From assembly GCA_965214095.1 (NCBI GenBank), contig OZ243938.1, forward strand, positions 640,001 to 704,000: 64,000 nucleotides of DNA. Reading direction: 5' to 3'. Source of the stretch: Candidatus Poribacteria bacterium. Lineage in GTDB: Bacteria; Poribacteria; WGA-4E; WGA-3G. The notes under the pieces were generated by a model that was given only the letters and a program-made list of their open reading frames with translations, made no database searches and was not told the DNA's origin. Both the position numbers and the translations under genes were made by a program. Shown here piece after piece: positions 10,941 to 20,914 of this stretch (position 1 is its first letter; the number at the start of each line of letters is the position of its first letter).

Positions 10941-10969
10941 TTGACATTTCATATTTAACGTATTACTAT
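10941..10969 (+). promoter_or_regulatory. sigma70-type promoter upstream of the metal-binding protein gene
   Basis: TTGACA-17 bp-TACTAT. Confidence 0.6.
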
Positions 10970-10974
10970 ATACA

Positions 10975-11100
10975 TAAGCAATATTAAATAATAATCTTCC
11001 GATTTTTTTTCGGCAGATGACGACACCGAGTTCGTAGGGGCGGGGTTTCCCCGCCCGATATCAATGGACAATGTGCATATTTAATATTGAAACTTGCTTA
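10975..11100. mobile_element. MITE with TAAGCAA..TATTAAATA TIR and GTAGGGGCGGGGTTTCCCCGCCC REP
   Basis: Ends TAAGCAATATTAAATA / TATTTAATATTGAAACTTGCTTA (left end lacks 7 bp); REP at 11034-11056. Confidence 0.65.
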
Positions 11101-11196
11101 ATCATTGCTCATGCGAAAACTTGTTTCCACAACATTAGAAATCCAAAATTTACAAATTTATTGTCCAAATACAAAAATTAAGAAGGAGTTAAGTAT

Positions 11197-12162
11197 TTGA
11201 GATCACGTAATTTAAGAAAGCACCTAAGTTTGTTAATGTTGTTCATACTAATTATTGTAACTGGATGCCATGATAAAGTAGATGTTGATCATAAATCCGA
11301 TAGGAAATTGAACGTCGTCTCTACAATTGGTATGATTACTGATATAGTTGAAAATGTAGGACGAGATAGAATAGACATTACAGGTATTATCGGGGAAGGT
11401 GTTGACCCACACCACTACAAACCAACGGCAAGAGACACTGAAATTATGAAGGACGCAGATATTATCTTCTATAATGGATTACATCTTGAAGTTAGAATAA
11501 CCGGATCAGTCTTTAAAAAAATGGATGATAAAACGAAAGCAATCGCTGTAACAGATGGAATAAATCGTTCACAACTTCGGAAAACATCGGAGTTTATAGG
11601 TGGATATGACCCACATGTATGGCATGATGTCTCTTTGTGGATGAAGGCAACAGAAAAAATTCAAGACACATTAATAAAGAGAGATCCACAAAATGCTGAA
11701 TATTATCGTGCCAATGCAAAATATTACTTGACGCAGTTAGATTCTTTGCACTATGAGATGCAAAGACTTTCAGCACTGATACCAATAAAGCGACGGGTGC
11801 TTATAACAACTCATGATGCATTTGGTTATCTTGGAAAAGCCTACGGTTTTGAAGTGCGCGGTTTACTAGGTATAAATACGGAAGATGAAGTAAGCATTGC
11901 TGATGTTAGAGATCTCGCAGAATACATTATTGAAAATAGAATCTCAACTATGTTTGTTGAGACTTCCTCCCCGCCACGTGGTATCTTTGCTGTTCAAGCA
12001 GCTGTGAAGGCAAGAGGTTTCAACGTTAAAATTGGTGGTGGATTGTTTTCGGATGCAATGGGTACGCCCGGCACAACTGAAGGTACTTATATCGGGATGA
12101 TGCGACACAACATAAACATCATAGTAAGCATGCTTCAAACAGAGTTAGCATATCATGAGTAA
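11197..12162 (+). CDS. Zn/Mn ABC transporter substrate-binding lipoprotein (TroA/MntA family)
   Basis: Lipobox VTGC; GVDPHHY, YDPHVW, THDAFGY, LFSDAMG metal-ligand motifs. Confidence 0.92.
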   Translation: MRSRNLRKHLSLLMLFILIIVTGCHDKVDVDHKSDRKLNVVSTIGMITDIVENVGRDRIDITGIIGEGVDPHHYKPTARDTEIMKDADIIFYNGLHLEVRITGSVFKKMDDKTKAIAVTDGINRSQLRKTSEFIGGYDPHVWHDVSLWMKATEKIQDTLIKRDPQNAEYYRANAKYYLTQLDSLHYEMQRLSALIPIKRRVLITTHDAFGYLGKAYGFEVRGLLGINTEDEVSIADVRDLAEYIIENRISTMFVETSSPPRGIFAVQAAVKARGFNVKIGGGLFSDAMGTPGTTEGTYIGMMRHNINIIVSMLQTELAYHE

Positions 12163-12208
12163 TTGGTTGTTATAGTTCATAGAATTTCGTATCAAATTTA
12201 CTACTTTG

Positions 12209-12236
12209 AAAGACGGGTTACTATGCCCGTCTTTTT
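12209..12236 (+). terminator. Rho-independent terminator
   Basis: AAAGACGGG-loop-CCCGTCTTT followed by a T-tract. Confidence 0.75.
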
Positions 12237-12394
12237 GATTCCTATTCAAACAAATTTAGATTGTACAATTGACATTTGCTGAATAGACCTGAAATGTCTT
12301 TTTCGTTGACTTCTTTCGAAATATCAGTTATACTGAAATTATATTTAATCCTATTTGAAAACAAGACTATAACTATTTATAAAGAGGTATCCTG

Positions 12395-13012
12395 ATGATT
12401 ATCTGGTTTAGACGACACTGGCATGTTTCATTTATTGGACTTTTGGTATTAGGAATATTTATCATATCTTTTAATCAACAGTCAGAATCCCAAAATACTG
12501 AGAAAACATATAATATTGACTCTGTCCATTCATCCGTACTTTTCCGAGCGAAACACATGGGAGTTGCTTACAATTACGGCAGATTCAACGAATTCTCAGG
12601 TAATATCGTATTGGATGATACTGATATATCCAAAAGTAAAGTTGAATTTGAAGTGAAAAGTGCAAGTGTTGACACTGCAAATGCCAAACGTGACCAACAT
12701 CTAAGAAGTTCAGACTTCTTTAGTGTAAAACAGTTCCCAGTTATTACTTTCAAAAGCACAAATGTCAGTACCAAGGCTGAACAAGAAAATATGTTGGAAG
12801 TTACAGGAGAACTCAATCTGCACGGTGTGAAGAAATCAATAACCATTGATGTTGAAATAACGGGTAAGAAGTCTATCCCACAAACTGGTGAAGTAATCGG
12901 TTTTCATACAATCTTTGACATAAAACGGAGTGAATACGGAATTAATTTTGCAATGGACGGTGTCAATGATGACATCCAAATAATTATCAGTGTTGAAGCA
13001 GCAAATAAATAG
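12395..13012 (+). CDS. YceI family lipid/polyisoprenoid-binding protein
   Basis: YNIDSVHSSVLF..KHMG, SVDT..AKRDQHLRSSDFF, GELNLHGV motifs. Confidence 0.92.
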   Translation: MIIWFRRHWHVSFIGLLVLGIFIISFNQQSESQNTEKTYNIDSVHSSVLFRAKHMGVAYNYGRFNEFSGNIVLDDTDISKSKVEFEVKSASVDTANAKRDQHLRSSDFFSVKQFPVITFKSTNVSTKAEQENMLEVTGELNLHGVKKSITIDVEITGKKSIPQTGEVIGFHTIFDIKRSEYGINFAMDGVNDDIQIIISVEAANK

Positions 13013-13059
13013 AAATGCATAATGTGTATTGAGTATTTCGTTAAAGAGGAATAATATGC

Positions 13060-13962
13060 GTGCCAACTCTTAATCAGTTGTTTTTCAGATTGATAATTCC
13101 TGCTATCGTTTGTGGTGGAATATACATTGCAGCCATATTCATACGGACGCGTTCAGAAAACAAAAAACATCTATTATGGTCAACTGCTGTTGCAATTGCA
13201 ATAGCATACATTATTGGTTACATCAGCATAGAACGTACAATTACATTTCTTCCAAGAGAAGGTATACATTGGTTATTCTATCTCACTTTATTTGCACTTT
13301 TCAGTAGTACTTATTGGGATTCTGAAGGATTACGACGAACAATTTCACAGGGACTCTATTCTATTATAATACCACGGATTTTGTTAGACGCACTTTTTAG
13401 ACATACATGGGGTACTTTTCAAGAAATAATCTGGTGGATATCCTTGTCTGTGGGAATATTTGTTTTTTGGAATATAGTAAAACAGAGTTTTTCGGATAGT
13501 CCATCAGTTAGTTCTGTTCCGTTAGTATATTTTGTTCTATCTGGTGGAACTGCATTGATATTAGCGTTAACAGGAAGTCTTAGGTTAGCACAACATGCAG
13601 GTATATTAACAGCAAGTCTCGCAGCAGTATGGATCATTACGCTTACCTTACAATATAGGATGCAAGTAGATAGCGAAATAAATCTCTTTGAATTCCCACA
13701 GAGTCTATCTCCATTGCTTGTTTTCTTATTCGTTGCTATCTGGATGAACGGATATTTTTACGGTGAAACGCCATTCATTTGTGTCCTACTGTTGGCGATT
13801 TCACCCACTTTCACACTGATGGGAAAATTAAATATATTTAGCGGATTAATGAGCAAAAAACCGGTATTGATACAAGTTGGACTTATAGTGCTGTGTATTG
13901 GTATAGCAGTCGCAATAGCAGTTGTTCGTTCCGGACTATTCGGTGAAGACACATACTACTAA
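13060..13962 (+). CDS. Multi-pass membrane protein, function unknown
   Basis: About 9-10 hydrophobic segments. Confidence 0.75.
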   Translation: MPTLNQLFFRLIIPAIVCGGIYIAAIFIRTRSENKKHLLWSTAVAIAIAYIIGYISIERTITFLPREGIHWLFYLTLFALFSSTYWDSEGLRRTISQGLYSIIIPRILLDALFRHTWGTFQEIIWWISLSVGIFVFWNIVKQSFSDSPSVSSVPLVYFVLSGGTALILALTGSLRLAQHAGILTASLAAVWIITLTLQYRMQVDSEINLFEFPQSLSPLLVFLFVAIWMNGYFYGETPFICVLLLAISPTFTLMGKLNIFSGLMSKKPVLIQVGLIVLCIGIAVAIAVVRSGLFGEDTYY

Positions 13963-13965
13963 CTT

Positions 13966-16900
13966 ATGGAGGAGAAAAGAATGCAATTTAAGTATAACAA
14001 GAACTCATATAGAAACTGGATAAAACGAACTGCTTTATTTCCCTATGTATTTATTCTCAGCATAATGCTTCTCATCAATGGTTGTGTTAAGATGGAAGCG
14101 ACGCGTAAAGCAGATTGGGAGACAAACTTCACGGATCTTCACTTTGTGAACGTTAATAAAGGATGGATCGTTGGTCTTGGCGGCACAATAGTACATACAG
14201 CTGACGGTGGAAAAACTTGGGCAAAACAGGAAGTAAATACAACAGGTGATTTTAAAGCGGTCTATTTTGCTAATGAAAATGATGGGTGGGCGGTAGGAAC
14301 AGATGGATTGATTGCTACTACCGATGATGGCGGAAGATTCTGGAGCCTACAAAAGAGTGGAACTTCTGCTATGCTTCGCGATGTATTCTTTGCTAACGGT
14401 AAGGAAGGATGGGTTGTTGGTGAGGATTCTGATGTATTATACACCTACAACGCTGGAAAATCTTGGGGTAGACTTGAAGCTGTCAGTGAATTTCCTCTCA
14501 ACGGTGTCTGGTTCGTGGACAATGATAGAGGTTGGGTTGTGGGAACGTATGATAGAATTTTCCATACAAAAACCGGTGGAGAATCTTGGAACGAACAGAG
14601 CAATCGCTTTGAAGGTGAACGCGACAGACTAATAAATGATAACAAAAAAGTATTCTTTATAAGTAACAATGAAGGTTGGATTGCCGGGAGTGACGGTTCC
14701 ATTTTCCATACTACATCTGGCGGAGTCAGTTGGGAGAAACAAGATAGTCGTATACCACTGATTAATGGACACGTCAGAGAAACTATTAACAGTATCCATT
14801 TCGTAGACAAAAACTACGGTATCGCAGTTGCTGATATAGGTTTCATCACACGCACTGAGGATGGTGGAGACAACTGGCAGTTGATGGAGAGCAGCATTGA
14901 GAATAACCTTACGGGTGTGCAGTTCACTTCAAGAAATGAAGCATGGGCTGTCGGATGGTCAGGGACTATCATGCACTCAGAAGATTCAGGTAAGACTTGG
15001 GAAATGGTCAGTGGAACCACAGCAAATGACCTACAAAACGTTCAGTTTACAGATGCAAATCGGGCAATCGCTATCGGTGAACGCGGCACAATGGCAGTAA
15101 CAAATGATGGTGGAGAAACGTGGAAGGAATTGGACAACGAAATATGGGATGGAATCTGGAATATCTATTTTGCAACCGACAAACACGGCTGGGCAGTAGG
15201 GGAACGCGGACTCATAATTCATTCCAATGACGGTGGTACAAACTGGGAACCGCAACGCGCACCAGCACCTTTTGCTCTTCGCGCAGTCCATTTCATCAGC
15301 GAGAATGTCGGTTGGATCGTCGGAGATATGGGAACCATCATTCATACTATTGACGGAGGAAACATCTGGCTACCGCAAATACCTATTGGTGATTTTCTCT
15401 CTGTCATGCTAAAGGGAGTCTTCTTCCTTGATGAGAAAACTGGTTGGGCAATCGGGTGGCCGGGTGTATGCATTGCAACAAAAGATGGTGGTTTGTCATG
15501 GCAACAACAATCTACTGATACATTCAATGAACTCTACGGTGTCTATTTCATTGATGAAAATACAGGCTGGATTGTTGGACAATTTGGTGAGATTTTACAT
15601 ACGAAAAATGGTGGGAAGGATTGGAATATCCAACATAGTGGCACACAAGAAAACTTAAACAAACTCTATTTTGCCGATGCACAACACGGTTTGATCGTCG
15701 GAGATAACGGAATTATGCTCACCACTGTGAACGGTGGAAAAAAATGGGAACTTCAAGATAGTGGCACGGAAAATGACCTTTATGGATTGGCTCTTTCACC
15801 GGATGGAGTAGTCGCAGTTGGTAAAGGTGGAATCGCAATGCGATACTCCGTTGACAATATGAAAATACCAGCGAAACTGCCTCCTACCGCTACAGAACCA
15901 GAGGTCGTCGTTGTGGATGAGGAAAAACCTGTTGTGCCAGTAGTTTATCATTGGGATATAATTCGTCAAGCAACTTGGCGGACAGATTTTTCTGATACTC
16001 ATTTTGTAGACGCAAATACTGGATGGGCAGTAGGTTCTGCAGGAGCTATCGCACACACCAAAGATGGTGGTAAAACTTGGTTACCACAACATAGTGGAGT
16101 TAGCGTGAATTTACGAGATGTAGAATTTACTGACCATCAAAATGGACGTATTCTTGCATCTAATATGATACTCCAGACAGACAACGGTGGAGAAACATGG
16201 AAACCGATGGTTAAGACAACACAACAGAACTTGCCACGTATCAGCATGATGAAATTCATCAATAAAGATGTTGGTTGGCTTGGTGCGTCAATAGGACAAG
16301 TCTTACATACAACAGACGGTGGAAAAACGTGGCAAGTCCAGAAGACAGGCACGACAAACGCAAATATCACAGACCTTCACTTCATCAATGCATTGGAAGG
16401 ATGGGCAATTGCACCACAACGACGTGATGGCGGATTTGTTCTACAGACAGTAGATGGTGGAAAATATTGGAAAATACAGTCAAAAACCAACCAGTCTGGA
16501 ACTGCAATCCATTTTTCAGATGCAAAAAATGGCTGGGTCATTCTGGGCAATGGCAACTCTTTGCTCTCAAATGATGGCGGAGAAACTTGGAAACTGCAAA
16601 TTACAAAACAGAGTCCAGGTAGATTACGTCGTATTACATTCCGTTCCCATACAAGTGCATGGGGAATTGGTGGTGGAGGCGCGTTTATCACCGAAGATCA
16701 GGGATTGAATTGGCAACAAATTCCTGTTTCAACAGGAAACCAAATGATAGCGATGCGTCAACCACCTCCTGAAACTCCAGAACAATCAGACACCGATGAA
16801 GAAAACAAAGATCAAGAAACAGCTGCAACAGAAGAATTTAACCCGTTTGATTCACTACAAAGACAATTAAGTCAGCAAAGACAACAACCAGGAAACCTTG

Positions 16901-18021
16901 CGCCTGAAGGCACAGTACCATCAAATCCTGAACAGGCAAATACCGCGCCAGCACAACAGCCAACACCGCAACCTGAACCGAGAAGAAGGTTTAGACGTGG
17001 TGGAAGCGGAATTGCACACGTTTATTTTCTTGATGACAAAAATGCATGGGCAGTAGGAAGTGCCGGGAGCATCTATCACACAGCAGATAGCGGAAAAACT
17101 TGGGAACGTCAACTCGGTGAACAGCAACGGAATAACTTCAGAGAAGTTCTCTTTTACAACGATATGACCGGTTGGATTGCAAGTAGTGATGGCACCCTGA
17201 TAGAAACACAAGATGGTGGTAAAACATGGGAAAAACTTGCTATCAGAACAAACCAACGTCTTATAGGAATTCACTTCGCAAGTCTTGACCCAAAATGGGG
17301 TTGGACAATGCGAAGTGATGGAACAGTCCTTTACACCACTGATGGAAAGACTTGGACAGCAGGGGACACACCTGAAAGACCGCCATTTATTGAAGGTGAC
17401 CCACCGGGGCGATACTCAATCAACGATGTTGATTTTGGCAAATTTTCCGAAGGATGGGGTGTTGGTAGATTTGGTGACATCATACATAACAAAGATGGCG
17501 GGCCTACCTGGACATTGCAACGCACAACTGCCAATGACACCCTCACAAGTGTTGACATGAAATTTGCGCCACTCGGTTGGGCAGTTGGTCAAAGTGGCGT
17601 AATACAAAGGACTATCAACGGTGGAGAATACTGGCGAATGCACGAATCTAACACAATATATGACCTAACTTCTGTATCATTTATTACAAAACGGAAGGGA
17701 TGGGCAGTTGGAGAAGGTGGTATTGTCCTCAAAACTGTGGATGGTGGATTTACATGGCAACCCAAAATGTCTGGCAATACAAACACTTTGAATAGTATAA
17801 TCGCACTATCAGAAAAGGTTATATACGCTTGTGGTGATGCAGGAACAATTATACGTTCATCCGATGGTGGTGAAACTTGGCAACAAGAGCATACCGATAT
17901 AGATAACGACCTCTATGTCATCACCCGTGCAAAAGAAGGTAATTCACTTTGGGTTGTTGGTCAATGGGGAGTTATTCTACGGAGAAAAGTAGAAAATCCA
18001 CTACACGCGTCAACGCGGTAA
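13966..18021 (+). CDS. Large YCF48/BNR-repeat beta-propeller lipoprotein
   Basis: More than 25 repeats of F....GW.VG..G.I..T.DGG..W; lipobox INGC; Q/P-rich linker. Confidence 0.9.
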   Translation: MEEKRMQFKYNKNSYRNWIKRTALFPYVFILSIMLLINGCVKMEATRKADWETNFTDLHFVNVNKGWIVGLGGTIVHTADGGKTWAKQEVNTTGDFKAVYFANENDGWAVGTDGLIATTDDGGRFWSLQKSGTSAMLRDVFFANGKEGWVVGEDSDVLYTYNAGKSWGRLEAVSEFPLNGVWFVDNDRGWVVGTYDRIFHTKTGGESWNEQSNRFEGERDRLINDNKKVFFISNNEGWIAGSDGSIFHTTSGGVSWEKQDSRIPLINGHVRETINSIHFVDKNYGIAVADIGFITRTEDGGDNWQLMESSIENNLTGVQFTSRNEAWAVGWSGTIMHSEDSGKTWEMVSGTTANDLQNVQFTDANRAIAIGERGTMAVTNDGGETWKELDNEIWDGIWNIYFATDKHGWAVGERGLIIHSNDGGTNWEPQRAPAPFALRAVHFISENVGWIVGDMGTIIHTIDGGNIWLPQIPIGDFLSVMLKGVFFLDEKTGWAIGWPGVCIATKDGGLSWQQQSTDTFNELYGVYFIDENTGWIVGQFGEILHTKNGGKDWNIQHSGTQENLNKLYFADAQHGLIVGDNGIMLTTVNGGKKWELQDSGTENDLYGLALSPDGVVAVGKGGIAMRYSVDNMKIPAKLPPTATEPEVVVVDEEKPVVPVVYHWDIIRQATWRTDFSDTHFVDANTGWAVGSAGAIAHTKDGGKTWLPQHSGVSVNLRDVEFTDHQNGRILASNMILQTDNGGETWKPMVKTTQQNLPRISMMKFINKDVGWLGASIGQVLHTTDGGKTWQVQKTGTTNANITDLHFINALEGWAIAPQRRDGGFVLQTVDGGKYWKIQSKTNQSGTAIHFSDAKNGWVILGNGNSLLSNDGGETWKLQITKQSPGRLRRITFRSHTSAWGIGGGGAFITEDQGLNWQQIPVSTGNQMIAMRQPPPETPEQSDTDEENKDQETAATEEFNPFDSLQRQLSQQRQQPGNLAPEGTVPSNPEQANTAPAQQPTPQPEPRRRFRRGGSGIAHVYFLDDKNAWAVGSAGSIYHTADSGKTWERQLGEQQRNNFREVLFYNDMTGWIASSDGTLIETQDGGKTWEKLAIRTNQRLIGIHFASLDPKWGWTMRSDGTVLYTTDGKTWTAGDTPERPPFIEGDPPGRYSINDVDFGKFSEGWGVGRFGDIIHNKDGGPTWTLQRTTANDTLTSVDMKFAPLGWAVGQSGVIQRTINGGEYWRMHESNTIYDLTSVSFITKRKGWAVGEGGIVLKTVDGGFTWQPKMSGNTNTLNSIIALSEKVIYACGDAGTIIRSSDGGETWQQEHTDIDNDLYVITRAKEGNSLWVVGQWGVILRRKVENPLHASTR

Positions 18022-18036
18022 TACGAGTTTTCGTTA

Positions 18037-18162
18037 TACCATTTCTAAATGATGATTTACCATTATAGAGACACGCGTTCGTAGTCGCGCAATTCATTGC
18101 GCCTCTTACATTCACAAAACCTCGCAACTCTTCTAATGCGACTTTATTTCTTAGAATTGGTA
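18037..18162. mobile_element. TACCA-type MITE with GTAGTCGCGC REP
   Basis: TACCATTTCTAA...TTAGAATTGGTA; REP at 18081. Confidence 0.75.
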
Positions 18163-18283
18163 TTATATTCCAGACGTTGCTTTATTTTGTGTAACCCTTA
18201 TGAAAGAAAAAATCGTTACGTTCTGTAACAACTTACTCAATCATAGATTGATATCTATAAGCAGATTTTGAGAGCAAATCTAA

Positions 18284-20071
18284 ATGCAAGAAACCAATCA
18301 ACCTGAAGACTATTTAGAACGACTTCGCCATTCAACCGCGCATATTATGGCGTATGCAGTACAACAACTGTTTCCTGACGGTGAAAACACTGTCAAACTC
18401 GCAATCGGTCCCCCAATAGAAAATGAATTCTATTATGATATGGAGGTACCACGTCCAATAACACCCGATGATTTTCCTGAAATTGAAAAACACATGAAGG
18501 CAATGATTAAATCCAATGTGCCTTTTGTACAGGAAACATGGAGCTATGATGAAGCACGTGAATGGTTTGGTGAACGCAACCAAAAGTTCAAACTTGAACT
18601 GATTGAAGGTATTTCTGACCAAGAAGTCAATGCTTCAGATGAAGGTGTTGCTGACGAAGGTGTATCTATATATCACAATGGTGACTTTACAGATCTTTGT
18701 AAAGGTCCGCACGTAGAAAAAACAGGAGAATGTTGGCATTTTAAGTTACTACGTGTTTCGGGAGCATATTGGCGTGGCGATAGCAACCGTGAGCAGCTAC
18801 AACGAATATACGGCACGGCATGGAAAACAAAAAAAGACCTACAAGCATTTATAAAACAACGCGAAGAAGCGGCAAAACGAGATCATCGGAAATTGGGACG
18901 TGAACTGGAACTTTTTCAAATGCATCCAGAGTCACCAGGAAGTGTCTTTTGGCTACCGAAAGGCGCATTTATATATAATCATCTATCTGAAAAGGTCAGA
19001 AAACTCAATCTCAGCGAAGGTTACCAAGAGGTACGGACTCCACTTATCTACGACAGCAGTCTATGGCAAACATCAGGGCATTGGGAACACTTTAAGGATG
19101 ATATGTTCCTCATTGAGAATGAGGATGGTGAGCCAACAAGTGCACTCAAACCGATGAACTGTCCAGCACACATGCTAATTTACAAGAGCGTCCGGCACAG
19201 TTACCGTGATTTGCCATACAGACTCCATGATCAAGGCGTACTACATCGAAATGAAGCAACTGGAACATTGAGCGGTTTATCTCGCGTCCGTCAATTGTGT
19301 CAAGATGACGCACACAACTTCGTCACTGAAGACCAGATTGCTGATGAATATGAACGAATTCTTGAACTTTTCCAACGTATTTACGGTAGTTTTGACCTTC
19401 CCTTCCGATGTGACTTCAGCACACGAAATCCTGAAAAATTTATGGGAGATGTAGATGTTTGGAATCGTGCTGAGGATATACTTGAATCTGTCTTGAAAAA
19501 CAACGAGATTGAGTATTCAGTTGAACCGGGTGAAGCGGCATTTTATGGTCCAAAACTTGATTTCCAAGTGCGTGATTCATTAAATAGAGATGTACAATGT
19601 GCAACCGTCCAACTCGATTTTCAACTGCCAGAACGGTTCGAATTGATATATATTGCACCGGATGGATCTGAAAAGAGACCTGTTGTAATTCACCGTGCTA
19701 TATGTGGTAGTTTTGAAAGATTCATTGCAATGCTCATTGAACACTATGCGGGCGCGTTCCCAACCTGGCTTTCACCTGTTCAATGCGTTGTCATGACAAT
19801 CAGTCAGAAATTTGTTGATTATGCAACAGAAGTTCAAAGCCTACTTCTACAGAAAAACTGTCGTGTTGCATTGGATAACAGTGATGACAAAATAGGCGCG
19901 AAAATTCGTCAAGCACGTTTACAACGAGTACCATATATGTTAATCATCGGAGAACGTGAACAGGAAAACAGAACTGTCAGTGTCCGAAGTCGTGATGAAG
20001 GGGATATCGGTGCGATGAACCTTGAGACTTTCGTTGACAAAATCATTAAAGAAGCCGATTTAGATTTCTAA
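18284..20071 (+). CDS. thrS: Threonine--tRNA ligase
   Basis: RHSTAH, DLCKGPH, GAYWRGD, RDHRKLG, KPMNCP, GEAAFYGPK, IHRA..GSFERF motifs. Confidence 0.98.
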   Translation: MQETNQPEDYLERLRHSTAHIMAYAVQQLFPDGENTVKLAIGPPIENEFYYDMEVPRPITPDDFPEIEKHMKAMIKSNVPFVQETWSYDEAREWFGERNQKFKLELIEGISDQEVNASDEGVADEGVSIYHNGDFTDLCKGPHVEKTGECWHFKLLRVSGAYWRGDSNREQLQRIYGTAWKTKKDLQAFIKQREEAAKRDHRKLGRELELFQMHPESPGSVFWLPKGAFIYNHLSEKVRKLNLSEGYQEVRTPLIYDSSLWQTSGHWEHFKDDMFLIENEDGEPTSALKPMNCPAHMLIYKSVRHSYRDLPYRLHDQGVLHRNEATGTLSGLSRVRQLCQDDAHNFVTEDQIADEYERILELFQRIYGSFDLPFRCDFSTRNPEKFMGDVDVWNRAEDILESVLKNNEIEYSVEPGEAAFYGPKLDFQVRDSLNRDVQCATVQLDFQLPERFELIYIAPDGSEKRPVVIHRAICGSFERFIAMLIEHYAGAFPTWLSPVQCVVMTISQKFVDYATEVQSLLLQKNCRVALDNSDDKIGAKIRQARLQRVPYMLIIGEREQENRTVSVRSRDEGDIGAMNLETFVDKIIKEADLDF

Positions 20072-20112
20072 TTTCACTTCCTACACATAAAAATATCTAA
20101 GGAGCAAATCAA

Positions 20113-20715
20113 ATGAAAAAATTATTGTCATGTCTATTGTTTGTAGGCATCATCGTTTCTGTTGGATGTGGACCAACCAAACAGGTCACTCGAATTGATA
20201 GCGATACCACCGTTGACTTATCTGGTCGTTGGAACGATACTGATTCCCGTTTAGTAGCGGACCAAATTATTGATGACTGTTTGAACCACACCTGGATTAA
20301 CGACCACGGTATTCAGACCAGTAGTAAACCTATTGTAATTGTCGGAGCTATTCGTAATAAGAGCAACGAACACATTGCAACACAAACATTCGTTGTTGAC
20401 ATTGAACAGGCATTTATCAATTCTGGAAAAGTTCGGACGGTCTCAAGTAAAAGTGAACGTGATGAGATACGAGAGGAACGCGCAGACCAGAGTGAAAACG
20501 CAGCTATTGAAACCATCAAACGGATGGGACGCGAATTAGGGGCAGATTATATGATGACTGGTCAAATAAATACTATTGAAGACCGCGAAGGTGGGAAACA
20601 AATTGTATTCTATAAGACTAATCTCACATTGACACACATTGAAAGCAATGAGAAAGTATGGATCGGGACAAAAGAGATTAAAAAGTTTATCGGGCGTAAA
20701 AAGTTTAAGATGTAA
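20113..20715 (+). CDS. Penicillin-binding protein activator LpoB-like lipoprotein
   Basis: Lipobox SVGC; DLSGRWNDTD, N.SNEHI, GADY motifs. Confidence 0.8.
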   Translation: MKKLLSCLLFVGIIVSVGCGPTKQVTRIDSDTTVDLSGRWNDTDSRLVADQIIDDCLNHTWINDHGIQTSSKPIVIVGAIRNKSNEHIATQTFVVDIEQAFINSGKVRTVSSKSERDEIREERADQSENAAIETIKRMGRELGADYMMTGQINTIEDREGGKQIVFYKTNLTLTHIESNEKVWIGTKEIKKFIGRKKFKM

Positions 20716-20827
20716 TACCATTTCTAATAGAAAACATCGCATTTTTGTAGCACAAACTGCCAGTTTGTGCCCTCCTTCAAGACATTCTTAACAGATGTTA
20801 ATGGGATAAACATCTATAGAAATGGTA
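20716..20827. mobile_element. 112-bp TACCA-type MITE with GTAGCACAAACTGCCAGTTTGTGC REP (copy 1)
   Basis: TACCATTTCTA...TAGAAATGGTA; near-identical, same-length copy at 23807-23918. Confidence 0.85.
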
Positions 20828-20914
20828 TAAGATGAACTACAACTAATTTGTTGAAGAGGTGGTTGGGCGGGTAATGATTCCCGCCCTCTCTTATTATTTA
20901 ATAGCAGTGATTTT

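Noticed and set aside
14262-17786. Many antisense and alternate-frame ORFs in the ORF track
   Set aside because: Shadow ORFs of long, well-supported genes.
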